IMG/VR virus record: IMGVR_UViG_3300025066_000007
Length of the DNA: 64,000 nt
Direction: 5' to 3' (one strand)
Origin: a virus
Lineage: Duplodnaviria; Caudoviricetes
The notes beneath the pieces are model-generated. The model had not been told where the DNA came from and did no database searches. It saw only the letters and a program-made list of their open reading frames with translations. The first letter of the stretch is position 1, and each line of letters opens with the position of its first letter. The translations under genes and the position numbers were made by a program. Of the stretch, positions 50,589 to 60,008 are shown in pieces.

Positions 50589-51621
50589 AGGTCCCAGTAG
50601 AAGGCCTTAGTCCTATATTGTGTATATGCGTGTCGATCCTCTGAGTTAACGCTAGGACCACCATGTGAGCAATAAGCTTTGACGCCCATTTCTTATCAAG
50701 ATCAAAGCTATTAGTCATTATATCAATATAAAGCAGACCCTGTCTGCTCTTTTTGGCAGCGAGTGAATCTTTTAATATTTTTTTTGAGATATTAGAAATC
50801 GCCTTGATAGACTCCGCTTCTTTTAGAATATTTGGCCGAAACTCTGGACTAAAATCTTTGTTAATAATCCTTATTCTTCTTTTTAGCTCATTAAAGAGTA
50901 GTGCCTCTTCTTCGTCACCATATTTGAGCTCTGCTATAATGCTGCGAATTTCTGAGGTAAAAACCTTAAAGTATTCTGCGAGTTCTTGGTCGGACTCTTG
51001 AAGGGCAGCAAAGCCGACGAGCTTTTCCATGAACTTCCAGTTCTTCTGGTAGTCATACGGCCCAACTGGCTTCTTAAACTTTCCAGAAGAAAAAATCATA
51101 AGCTCATGCTCGGCATAAGGCGATTGGTCGAAGACGAGATCTCTAACGAGCTTCGTAAAAAGTTCCTCATTTCCTGCTGCATATATTTTTAAATATCTAT
51201 TGTTTCCAACGTCCCAAACGGCTCCATAAACACCTGCTCCAATATATTTTGGCTGCCTGCCATCCGATGCAGATTTAAAGGCTGTAACAAATTCTTGAGT
51301 AATAAGCTCTGGAGAGAAGCTTTTGCTTATCTGTCGGGCCTGATACAAGTCGTCATTAATCCAAGCGAACTCATTTTTAAGAGAATCGCTTTCTAAAAAG
51401 GGTTCCTCGTCTGGTAGGCTCCAGCCTTTGCGTGGACTAGTCTCTCTGATTAGCTTATCTATATCTTGAGGGTCAGAAGAAAGCATCTTTTCTTCTGCTT
51501 CTATATCCCAGTCTTCATCAATTGAATCGGCCTCTCTCTGCAGGTATTCAATTGATTCGGCTAATTTTTCAAAAGAATTTCTTTTAAGAAAAGTGCATAA
51601 CTTATATAGAGTTTTGTTCAC
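50569..51621 (-). CDS. Protein-kinase-like fold protein with the shared N-terminal motif
   Basis: Gly loop IGAGVYGAVW, LKI lysine, FMEKL hinge, catalytic-loop-like DTHIHNIG and terminal YFD. Confidence 0.6.
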   Translation of the reverse strand: MNKTLYKLCTFLKRNSFEKLAESIEYLQREADSIDEDWDIEAEEKMLSSDPQDIDKLIRETSPRKGWSLPDEEPFLESDSLKNEFAWINDDLYQARQISKSFSPELITQEFVTAFKSASDGRQPKYIGAGVYGAVWDVGNNRYLKIYAAGNEELFTKLVRDLVFDQSPYAEHELMIFSSGKFKKPVGPYDYQKNWKFMEKLVGFAALQESDQELAEYFKVFTSEIRSIIAELKYGDEEEALLFNELKRRIRIINKDFSPEFRPNILKEAESIKAISNISKKILKDSLAAKKSRQGLLYIDIMTNSFDLDKKWASKLIAHMVVLALTQRIDTHIHNIGLRPSTGTFVYFDA

Positions 51622-51653
51622 AGTAAAATGTTTAAAATTAATAGACTATAAAT

Positions 51654-51686
51654 AAAAAAGGGCTGCCAAGTTGGCAGCCCTTTTTT
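51654..51686. terminator. Bidirectional intrinsic terminator
   Basis: AAAAAA GGGCTGCCA AGT TGGCAGCCC TTTTTT. Confidence 0.85.
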
Positions 51687-51948
51687 AAAAACAAGTCCCG
51701 CAGGACTGTGCTAATGTAATGTTGGATCCAGACTGTCCCTTTCGAAAGACAAGGGGTGTCCATCCAAAAGTCTCGATAGGAGCCTCTGACAGTTTTGATC
51801 AAGAGAGTCTCCTTCTTCTACTCCATATAGATAAATATCCATTGCAACAGATGTAACTAACTCCACCGTAGAATAAGCCTCAATGTCTTCCATATCAATG
51901 TCTAATCGCTGTGCGGCAGCGAAAATAAATTCTTCTTCGGAAAAAATA

Positions 51949-52803
51949 TTATCTGGAACCATTCAGCCTCCCTGCTTTAGTGTTAATTTCACTCTTTATT
52001 TTAGAATAAAAATCATTTGAAATGTTTAATGCCGCAAACCAGTTTTGAAAATAGCCATCCAAACTATCTGAGTTATGAGCGATGCCAAGATGGTAAGTTT
52101 CAAAGTCTTTTCTGTTCTGAATCTTATCTGCAATCAGCATATGATTAACGTCCTCTAGCGGAGACAACCTGATTTCCTCAATTGAATTAATCATTCGCTT
52201 CGAAAGGTAGGCGTTTGCAATGTTCCTATACTCTAAGGCCAGCAAGGCTGCCTCTCTACTTATATTTGGATTTAAAAGTTGATGCAAACTACCCGCCAAA
52301 GCTTCATCGTCTTGGACGATAGGATGCAGGCAGAACGCTTGCTTCGCGCTATGTGATGCTCCAATTCGATTAAGGATATATAGTCCCTCGTCAATATGGT
52401 TCATGTAAAACGTGTTTGAACGCTTAGCCCTCTTGTTTCCGTAAAACGCTTCTACTTCCTGATATGCTGAGTCAAAAAGATGAGGAGTTTCTATGCAGGC
52501 AAAGGATATCCCGGCCTGCTTAAGCCACTCGTACATTCTTTCGCAAGAAGAAATAGTTACAAAATTTCTTTCAGCCGAAGTTAGCCACCGCTTAAGATGA
52601 CCCTTTCCTCTGTCCAAAACGTAAACAGAATCATATTCTACTCCGTCACAAACCAATGGAACATGAATGCCCCAGCCTAAATCGTTATATAGGCCACTCC
52701 AGCTCCACCCACTGCTAATTAGCTGGGTAATTCTGTTTCTATAATATTCTAATGCCTCATAAGAATTGGAGGCTAGATAGTCAAATCTTGGCAACGTGCT
52801 CAC
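51949..52803 (-). CDS. Hypothetical phage protein
   Basis: 284-aa ORF with NHIDEGL, LHP and LIADKIQN segments. Confidence 0.6.
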   Translation of the reverse strand: MSTLPRFDYLASNSYEALEYYRNRITQLISSGWSWSGLYNDLGWGIHVPLVCDGVEYDSVYVLDRGKGHLKRWLTSAERNFVTISSCERMYEWLKQAGISFACIETPHLFDSAYQEVEAFYGNKRAKRSNTFYMNHIDEGLYILNRIGASHSAKQAFCLHPIVQDDEALAGSLHQLLNPNISREAALLALEYRNIANAYLSKRMINSIEEIRLSPLEDVNHMLIADKIQNRKDFETYHLGIAHNSDSLDGYFQNWFAALNISNDFYSKIKSEINTKAGRLNGSR

Positions 52804-53567
52804 TCGTCACCTCCTTCGGGGTCAATGACATTATCTTCCAAGTTGTTAAAGCCGATATCCTCTTTGAGTTGTGGCCTTATTCCTTTTCTATACACACGCT
52901 CATGCGCGTAGATAAAAGAGTCTCTATTTTTATTTATAGAAAAGTCCAATGAGGTTTTAGACAAAAAATTAGTCTCAATAATTGAAGCTGAACTATTGAG
53001 TTCCAAAGAAGAGAGGCCAGCCTCCTTGTGTGGAGCCGAAGAGATATGCTCGGAAAACATAGCAGATCCCTCAAACGTTTGAGGATTACGCTCCAAAGAG
53101 CGACTCCTCCTGTTGTTTGGCTTATCGCTAAGCAAAAACGGATGATCTGGATTGTTTATTAGCAAGAAGCCCTTTGTTTTGCCTTCGGAATAAGAGGACC
53201 TGATTTTTTCGCCACCATTTCCATTGGTGATATCGTAAGTTCCGTCTATGTTTTCAGCAACGTAATAAGAGCGAGACCTCAGTGGGCGCAATCTCATATC
53301 CTTTTCTGTTGTCTTTGGGCCTGGACTTACAACTCGATCCTTTAAAAAGCCACCTAATGGCATTTCTAGTAGTGTCAAGCGAAGATTTTTAACTACATTT
53401 TCTAAGGCAGTAATATCTTTTGCGCTCCACTCATAAAGCTCAGGAGTTTCTAACGCCTTTGTAAGAGCCACAACTCCCTTCTCTAAAATAAGATATGCAG
53501 CCACAGATTTTCTTGATTCTTTTTTCATTATTTTTATCCAATTCAGAACAGTGTTTGGGCAAAGCAA
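52800..53567 (-). CDS. Hypothetical protein
   Basis: 255-aa ORF; a partial promoter motif (CACTATATC) lies at 53576-53584. Confidence 0.55.
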   Translation of the reverse strand: MLCPNTVLNWIKIMKKESRKSVAAYLILEKGVVALTKALETPELYEWSAKDITALENVVKNLRLTLLEMPLGGFLKDRVVSPGPKTTEKDMRLRPLRSRSYYVAENIDGTYDITNGNGGEKIRSSYSEGKTKGFLLINNPDHPFLLSDKPNNRRSRSLERNPQTFEGSAMFSEHISSAPHKEAGLSSLELNSSASIIETNFLSKTSLDFSINKNRDSFIYAHERVYRKGIRPQLKEDIGFNNLEDNVIDPEGGDE

Positions 53568-53702
53568 ATTAATGATATAGTGGATCTGGCATTTTGCAAA
53601 ACCACAATATGCAGGTAGCTATTGCCTGTAAGATGATCTACTATTAATTATTAGTTAAATCTGAGAAGACACATCTGATAGGCGGACCTCGGCCTTCGCG
53701 TT

Positions 53703-53731
53703 GATATAGAGCAGGGCCGAACCGGATTACG
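53703..53731 (-). promoter_or_regulatory. Phage promoter-like motif, copy 7
   Basis: CGTAAT CCGGTTC GGCCCTG CTC TATATC, antisense within the Nudix leader. Confidence 0.55.
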
Positions 53732-53831
53732 AAAACCTAAAGCTGCATTTTTCAGGCAACCACAGGAGGCGAAACGCCTCTCTGAGCTAAGTCGTAACAA
53801 ACAAGCTCTATCAAGTAGGAGGACTCGACTC

Positions 53832-54263
53832 ATGTTTTATGCCACATTAATCGTCGTCAAAGATAGTGTTGACCAATATCTGTTGCTAAAGAAGACCGCA
53901 ACAGACAAGAACATAGCAAGATCCTGGGGGTTGCCCGGAGGAAAGGCAGAGAGCGGAGAAGCTCCAGAAGAGACTGGAACGAGAGAGCTTTTTGAAGAAA
54001 CTGGAATAAAGGTTCTAAAGGATTCGCTGGTCTTTTTGGCAGCAAAGTCTACAAGAGGGAAGGAAACCTATTACTTTATGGCAAGCGTTCCAGTCTCTTC
54101 TGTCCTTTTGAATTCAGAACACGAAGATTATGAGTGGGTCGGATTGGCGGATTTATTTGAAAGATGCGAGTTCTCCACTCCGCAGGATGCAATAGATGCC
54201 GTTCATAAGCTATCGGAAACACGGCTGCGATATGAGCGCGGAACACAAGGTGGATCTAGGTAG
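53832..54263 (+). CDS. Nudix hydrolase
   Basis: Nudix box GGKAESGEAPEETGTRELFEETG; LNSEHEDYEW; AGGAGG SD. Confidence 0.92.
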   Translation: MFYATLIVVKDSVDQYLLLKKTATDKNIARSWGLPGGKAESGEAPEETGTRELFEETGIKVLKDSLVFLAAKSTRGKETYYFMASVPVSSVLLNSEHEDYEWVGLADLFERCEFSTPQDAIDAVHKLSETRLRYERGTQGGSR

Positions 54264-54359
54264 CTATAGTCGCCATGCTTCTACAGGGAATCCGTTCTGT
54301 GATCTTTTTGCCCCGATGCGGCGGGGTGCCGCTCAGGAATTTGCTTGTTTGTTGGATTT

Positions 54360-54731
54360 TCAGAATAGCCTGAGTTGCCGGACTTTCTCAGAGGGCGCTG
54401 TTTCTACGACAGAGCCTAAAGGCTTATTGATATTTTTCAAAGCCTCCTCCTTCCACTCGAAATAGTGTCTTGTAAATCTATGTGGATTGCTCCTTAACAC
54501 TATAGCTACTCTTATCATTTGATTTTTTATTGATAGTCTGGGGTCAATAATTGGATCTTGATTCGCAACAAGCCTCCTTCTCAGCCAGACGCGAAAGTCT
54601 TGCGGAAGCTTGTCCGGTAGGAGGTAGGAATCTTGCTCCCTTTCGAGGGAGAGTGCCTCTTCATTATGCCCTTGTTTCTCGAGCCATCCAATAAGAGAGG
54701 AGACTTTTGCTATAGCAGAACTTTTGAACAT
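54360..54731 (-). CDS. Hypothetical protein with the shared N-terminal motif
   Basis: VSSLIGWLEKQGHNEEALSL. Confidence 0.6.
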   Translation of the reverse strand: MFKSSAIAKVSSLIGWLEKQGHNEEALSLEREQDSYLLPDKLPQDFRVWLRRRLVANQDPIIDPRLSIKNQMIRVAIVLRSNPHRFTRHYFEWKEEALKNINKPLGSVVETAPSEKVRQLRLF

Positions 54732-54736
54732 TTGCC

Positions 54737-55075
54737 CTAAGAAATTTCTTCCTTGAGAAATGGTCTAATCTGCTCATAAACATATAGAAGCAATCCTTCT
54801 AAAGATGCTTTCTGCTCTAAAGTTGAGTCAATTGATTCACGAATGCCTAAGATGGCATTGGAGATTTTCTCTTCCCTTGTTGCTGCGCCAGCCTCTACGG
54901 GCAAGGCTCCTTCTGTTTGTTTTGGTTCTAAAAAATCAGCCATTTCATCAGGGTTAAATCCAAAATGATAGTCCTGGTTTGCTAGCTTTTCAATAAGACA
55001 GTCCAAACTATCGGCCTCAGAGGCAAGGCCCTTATCGTCTAGCATAGTTGAAATCTCTATTAGTTGCTTAATCAT
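54737..55075 (-). CDS. Hypothetical protein with the shared N-terminal motif
   Basis: MIKQLIEISTMLDDKGLASEADSLDCLI. Confidence 0.6.
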   Translation of the reverse strand: MIKQLIEISTMLDDKGLASEADSLDCLIEKLANQDYHFGFNPDEMADFLEPKQTEGALPVEAGAATREEKISNAILGIRESIDSTLEQKASLEGLLLYVYEQIRPFLKEEIS

Positions 55076-55132
55076 CTATATTTCCAATAATCAATAAGTC
55101 CCTAGAGGCAGGGCTCTTTCGTTTATAACGAC

Positions 55133-55165
55133 AAAAGCCTACCTGCAATTTTGCAGGTAGGCTTT
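55133..55165. terminator. Intrinsic terminator-like hairpin
   Basis: AAAGCCTACCTGCAA TT TTGCAGGTAGGCTTT. Confidence 0.8.
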
Positions 55166-55557
55166 ATGCTGAAAAAATAGCAGATTTAATAGAGGCAAAA
55201 CAATAAAGCTGGCCAAAGGCTGAAGATTTTCACTATAGGCTGTCTAAATATTTCTGAGCTTTTTCTCGCATTACAGTACCCTCTTCCCAGCGATGCCATG
55301 TTCCATCACAGGCTGGGCAGATCCAATATAGAATCCCATCATAAACTCTAGGAATTTCCATTCCCACAGTTTTGAGGAAATATTTCCCCTTTCCATATAT
55401 GTGATTCTTCCAGCATTCAGAGTCATAATCAGAATTGGCACGATCACAATTATCGTTGCAGCGCTTATCTTCTGGAATTTCACTATGAATTAGAGACTGG
55501 CTACAATGTGGACAATTAAGTAAATCCATTATAATTCTCCTGTGTTTAATTTAGCAA

Positions 55558-56049
55558 TCATAAGTTCGAAGTCATAACTTCTGAATTAAATAGAAGCTTC
55601 TCCTGTTGCGCTTCGGTTAGCTTCTCAAACCATTCCTCTTTGAAAAGTTCTTTTCCATTGAGGAACCAATATTTGTCTCCATTGGCACACTCAACAGCGG
55701 GACCATCTTCTCGATGAAGGGTTCCGTTTAGGAGCCAACGCTTTTCTCCATCGGCATACTCAACAGCAGGACCATCTTCTCGGTGAAGGACTCCATTTAG
55801 GAGCCAACACTTTTCTCCATCGGCATACTCAATGGCAGGACCATCTTCTCGGTGATACTTTCCGTTGAGGAACCAAGCCTTAGCTCCATTGGAAGCCTCA
55901 TAAGCAGGACCATCTTCTCGATGAAGCTTTTCATTGAAATACCACTCTTTGACTCCACTGGAATCAGTTTTGCAGATAGGCTTTGACATTAAGCCATAAC
56001 TTCCAAAAGAGACTATTTGATATTCCGTCTCAATAATGATATTCATCAT
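55558..56049 (-). CDS. HREDGPA-repeat protein A (4 modules)
   Basis: 23-aa (69-nt) tandem modules HREDGPAxExxxGxKxWxLNGxx between an ICKT N-cap and an EEWFEKLTEAQQEKLLFNSEVM C-cap; an alternative start lies at 55989. Confidence 0.85.
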   Translation of the reverse strand: MMNIIIETEYQIVSFGSYGLMSKPICKTDSSGVKEWYFNEKLHREDGPAYEASNGAKAWFLNGKYHREDGPAIEYADGEKCWLLNGVLHREDGPAVEYADGEKRWLLNGTLHREDGPAVECANGDKYWFLNGKELFKEEWFEKLTEAQQEKLLFNSEVMTSNL

Positions 56050-56304
56050 CAGGATTCTGCCGACTATCTTCGGCTAGTTGAGATAAAGAAAGAACAAATT
56101 GTTTAGAAGCGGAGATAATTACGTATAGCCCGCCATGCTCCAGACACTTTAGCGGCTGAAAACATTCGGTACAAGGAAACTCAGTTCCAGTTAAATATTG
56201 TGGAGCAGCACCAACTACAACGCTCTCATCGCAACAAGGACATACAAACTTTGAATTCCGAAGACCATCAGTGGATACAATTTCGCAACGCATTTAGACT
56301 CCTA

Positions 56305-56348
56305 TTATTTAGAAAAGGTTTTTATTTTATTTAGAAAAGGTTTTTATT
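56305..56348. repeat. Perfect 22-bp tandem duplication
   Basis: TTATTTAGAAAAGGTTTTTATT x2; it duplicates the 3' end of a small membrane-peptide ORF. Confidence 0.85.
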
Positions 56349-56927
56349 ACATAAACGATAGTTAGCATTATTCCGGCAACCAAACCAATAACGATTCCTA
56401 TAATAAAAGAAATTATTGCCATCAAATTACGACTAGGCTGTTGCCTTTAGCTCTCTCTCGAAAAGTTCTTAGATGCTTAGTAAGAATCGCCAAATTCTGA
56501 TTTGACAACTTATGAGTAAGGATATTCCCACTTTTATCAGAAAGACTAATAGTTACGCGGTCAGCTTTGTTTTTAGCAATCCTAAGAGTAGTTCCTCCTT
56601 GCTCAACATAAAAGTCATTCTTACTAGCGCAGCCAGCTTTCTTTACAATCCCTGCTGCCTTTTCAAGAACGGCTTTCCATAGTCCATTATCGCAAGAACC
56701 GCTGCCATGAAGTGTCTTATATTTATATAGAAAATCTACCGTTCCGCCATTAAAAACATCCCCGCCGCTTCTAAAGTCTCCTACGAAAACCCGAACATTA
56801 TCTTTCTTCAGATTAACCCTAACTCCATTGTCTCCGTTGGCAAGAAGCAGATACACTCCTTTTGACTCAGAGTTGATTTTAATATCATAAGTTACAGTCG
56901 AATATTCTGTCATTTTGCCTGTCCTCT

Positions 56928-57473
56928 CTAAAAGATAGAGATAGTTCCCTCGGGGGAGTTTTCGGTCTTAGTGAAGATGACTTCTCCACCACAATTCCGA
57001 TGTGTATACTTTCCATAGGCAGCGTGCTTAGGCATTCGTGCCTTATTATATGTGTAACCACATCGCAAACATTCGCAGTGAATCTTCTTTTCCTGCTTAC
57101 GACGAATCGTGCTCGTGTCATAACTGTGACAACGATGGTTCTTTCTGACTCCTGTAATCTTGTCCATCATAGACTGAAACTGCCATCCATGACCACGGAT
57201 GTTTGCGGTTTCGGCCAGATAGGCGTGAACCATTTCATGAATCAGAGTCTCTCGAATCTCTGTCTCATTATAATCCATTGTTCGGAAGAGCTTATCCGAA
57301 AGGTCAATTTTGGACGGAGTAATTCCATAGCCGACGCGCTTATATCGACAATAACCTGCCGTGGTAGTCATGCGAGTGTTCCACACAATCGGCAGGCCGG
57401 CCGGAATCTTATTATCAAAATATTCCGCATTAAGTTCCGCGAACATGAGGACAATGTTTGGTCGAATCAACAT
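56928..57473 (-). CDS. SprT-like zinc metalloprotease
   Basis: WNTRMTTTAG, TLIHEMVH, HGWQF and C-terminal CxxC...HxxC zinc ribbon. Confidence 0.88.
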   Translation of the reverse strand: MLIRPNIVLMFAELNAEYFDNKIPAGLPIVWNTRMTTTAGYCRYKRVGYGITPSKIDLSDKLFRTMDYNETEIRETLIHEMVHAYLAETANIRGHGWQFQSMMDKITGVRKNHRCHSYDTSTIRRKQEKKIHCECLRCGYTYNKARMPKHAAYGKYTHRNCGGEVIFTKTENSPEGTISIF

Positions 57474-58578
57474 TTGAGTTACACCTTTTAAGTTATGATT
57501 ATCCTCGGAAAAACTTTCCGATATTCCTACCTGCTATAAACATGGCCCACATAAGGAGTCCAACCCAAGCGGCCGGCCAAGCCGCAATAACAAAGAAGAA
57601 CATTTCTTTTTCGCCGTCCGCAAAAACCTGAAGCCCACGAAGGAACCCCAGAGTAATAGCTCCCACGGCAACATAGGCAAATACAACTACAGGGACTATG
57701 ATATTGGCGTCCATCACCATTTCCTAACAGAAAACTTCATATCAGAATCAATATTCTCATCTGGCTCAATTGTGGCATCATGCAGAGTTTCGAAGTACCC
57801 ACACCAAGGCGGAACTCGCATAAGCCACTCATCTTTTTCTGTAGCTAGGCTCAGGCAGAATCGAGGAGAACCATAGTGGTCTTCGATTTTAGTTCCCGAT
57901 GGAATTTTTGGCTTCGGGCCTTCTGCCCATCCTCTGCGATCATCTTCAGCCCAAGAATAATAGGCCCAGTGCTCTTTGATTCGCTTTAGATTTTCTTTTG
58001 CAATCTCAAGAGTAGAGCACTTTAAAATATAAGAGGCAGATTCGCTTCGAAAGCTATCTCCAGTTTCATAATTAATTACAATCTTGTACATGAGCTACCT
58101 CTTATTCTGCTTGCTTTTGCACAGCCCCTTGCTCAAAGCCGCCTCCCATTCTGCGAGCCTTTTATCCGAAAGCTCATTATCTGGAAGTCGGACGCGCAGA
58201 GCCTTAATCGTTTCCCTTAGAGCCTCAGAGACGACCTCAAGGCTTTCTACCGCATTATCGCGCCCGGCTCTTAGGTCTGCTACGCGATCACTAAGAAGAG
58301 AAGGGAGCGCACCCATGCTTGCATGGCAACCTGCGGCATTGCGAATAGAGTCGGAAAATTCCCGAAACTTTCTGCGAAGTCTATTAAGTTCGTCTTCTTC
58401 GGATTTGCTGTCAGCCATCTTAGTTTTTAACCTCAATAATTACACCTGCTAGAGAATTGCAGTGAGTTAGCCTCCAAGCCTCTAACTTTGCCAGCCACAT
58501 CCATCTATGATATGAAACTACTTTCCACTCAATTGAAGGGGGGATATGTGCTTTAATCCTATAATTCATCTTATGCTC

Positions 58579-58932
58579 CTAGACCATAACTTCTGAGTTA
58601 AACAGAACCCTCTCCTGCTGCTCTTCGGTTAGCTGTTCAAACCATTCCCCTTTGGAGAAACGCTTATCATTGAGATACCACCTCTTGGTTCCATCGGCAC
58701 GCTCAACAGCGGGACCATCTTCTCGGTGAAGCTTTCCATTGAGGAACCACTCTTTGTCTCCACTGGCATACTCAACAGCGGGACCATCTTCTCGGTGACA
58801 TTCTTCATGTAGATACCAGGCTTTGGCTCCATTGGAATATTCAATAGCGGGACCATCTTCTCGATGAAGCCTTCCTCCAATAGACCACTCTTTGGTTCCA
58901 TTAGGATGCGTTTTTAGGGTAGGCCTTTTCAT
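58579..58932 (-). CDS. HREDGPA-repeat protein B (3 modules)
   Basis: Same module and C-cap as protein A; likely start at ATG 58932. Confidence 0.85.
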   Translation of the reverse strand: MKRPTLKTHPNGTKEWSIGGRLHREDGPAIEYSNGAKAWYLHEECHREDGPAVEYASGDKEWFLNGKLHREDGPAVERADGTKRWYLNDKRFSKGEWFEQLTEEQQERVLFNSEVMV

Positions 58933-59153
58933 TAATGTTCTTGCCCCGACTTCGCTCTGCATAGCGATAGTCCAAGCCGCTATAAGCGTCGAGGTCTACT
59001 AGGTTTTTCGCTGAAATATATTGGCCGCAGAAAGGGCCAGCCTAGCTGCTAGGTTCTTTCGAGTCAACTTAGCTGCCCTGCATATTGCGAGGGCTATTAC
59101 AAAATAATGGTCGATAGAAGCTATCGAGGATTGCATCTTATGAAGATGCTGAA

Positions 59154-59228
59154 TGGCAGGCTCACCCGGATTCGAACCAGGAACAAAGGCTTAGGAGGCC
59201 CCTATGATATCCCTTTCACCATGAGCCC
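59154..59228 (-). tRNA. tRNA-Arg(CCU)
   Basis: 75 nt; loop CT-CCT-AA; CCA encoded. Confidence 0.9.
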
Positions 59229-59280
59229 GTGTCATTCAAGCAGTAAGGTTAGCCGTATGTCCGGCGCCTCCGCTCAACTT

Positions 59281-59315
59281 GATATAGTACAGGGCAGAAG
59301 CATATTACAAATTAT
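59281..59315 (-). promoter_or_regulatory. Phage promoter-like motif, copy 8
   Basis: TGTAAT ATGCTTC TGCCCTG TAC TATATC, about 50 nt upstream of tRNA-Arg(CCU). Confidence 0.7.
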
Positions 59316-59976
59316 GTAGCCGGGAAGACCTCAAGAGTTTCCTCGCTCAGAGGCCCAAGTCAAATATATCAGTAATAATCAATGAATATTCTACAATTTC
59401 ACAATCTGCAAAGCGATGTTTGCTGCCTGAAAAAGTAGATTTGTTTAACCAGTTTGTAATGGCGGCTTTTGAACGATAAGCTTTTCCATTTTTCTTCCAC
59501 TGAGGATAGGTTCCTCCGTCAGAAAACAGACCAGTTGTTTTATTCCGAATCTTATAAACTTTTGTCATTACCAGAAGAGTCCATAGCCAACATGTGGAAT
59601 GTGCCTTCTTTCTTTATCTCTCCCATAAAAAGGTAGCATTGGCATGTCTCTTGAAATTGAAAGACTAAGGGTTAGATCAGTCTTCATCAGAGTGCAAATC
59701 CAAAGCTGACATAAGCCCTCAGTTCCTTCGATAAGATATCCGCCCTTATCGAAAAACTCTTCTGCCCACTCCGGGCGACTGCCATGAAAAGTGTTTTCTT
59801 CATAATCAGAGCAGACTCTCTCAACGTCAAAAACTTCTTTGCTTTGAAAGTGGATTTCGCGAACTTCTTCTACGGGTTTATTGGAAATAATCGTGAACCA
59901 GTCGCACTTTCCATGTCCATCATCTGACCAGTCGCCAATTGGAATTCTAAATGTATATTGCATCGAAACCTCCAGG

Positions 59977-60002
59977 GGCGGGAGAGCCTAAGCTCTCCCG
60001 CC
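59977..60002 (-). terminator. GC-rich hairpin right after the tuf stop (no U-tail)
   Basis: GGCGGGAGAGC-TTAG-GCTCTCCCGCC, an 11-bp perfect stem. Confidence 0.55.
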
Positions 60003-60008
60003 ATCATT

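Noticed and set aside
53789-53800. AAGTCGTAACAA, identical to the conserved 16S rRNA decoding-site segment
   Set aside because: Only 12 nt with no flanking rRNA similarity; a post-hoc match compatible with chance.
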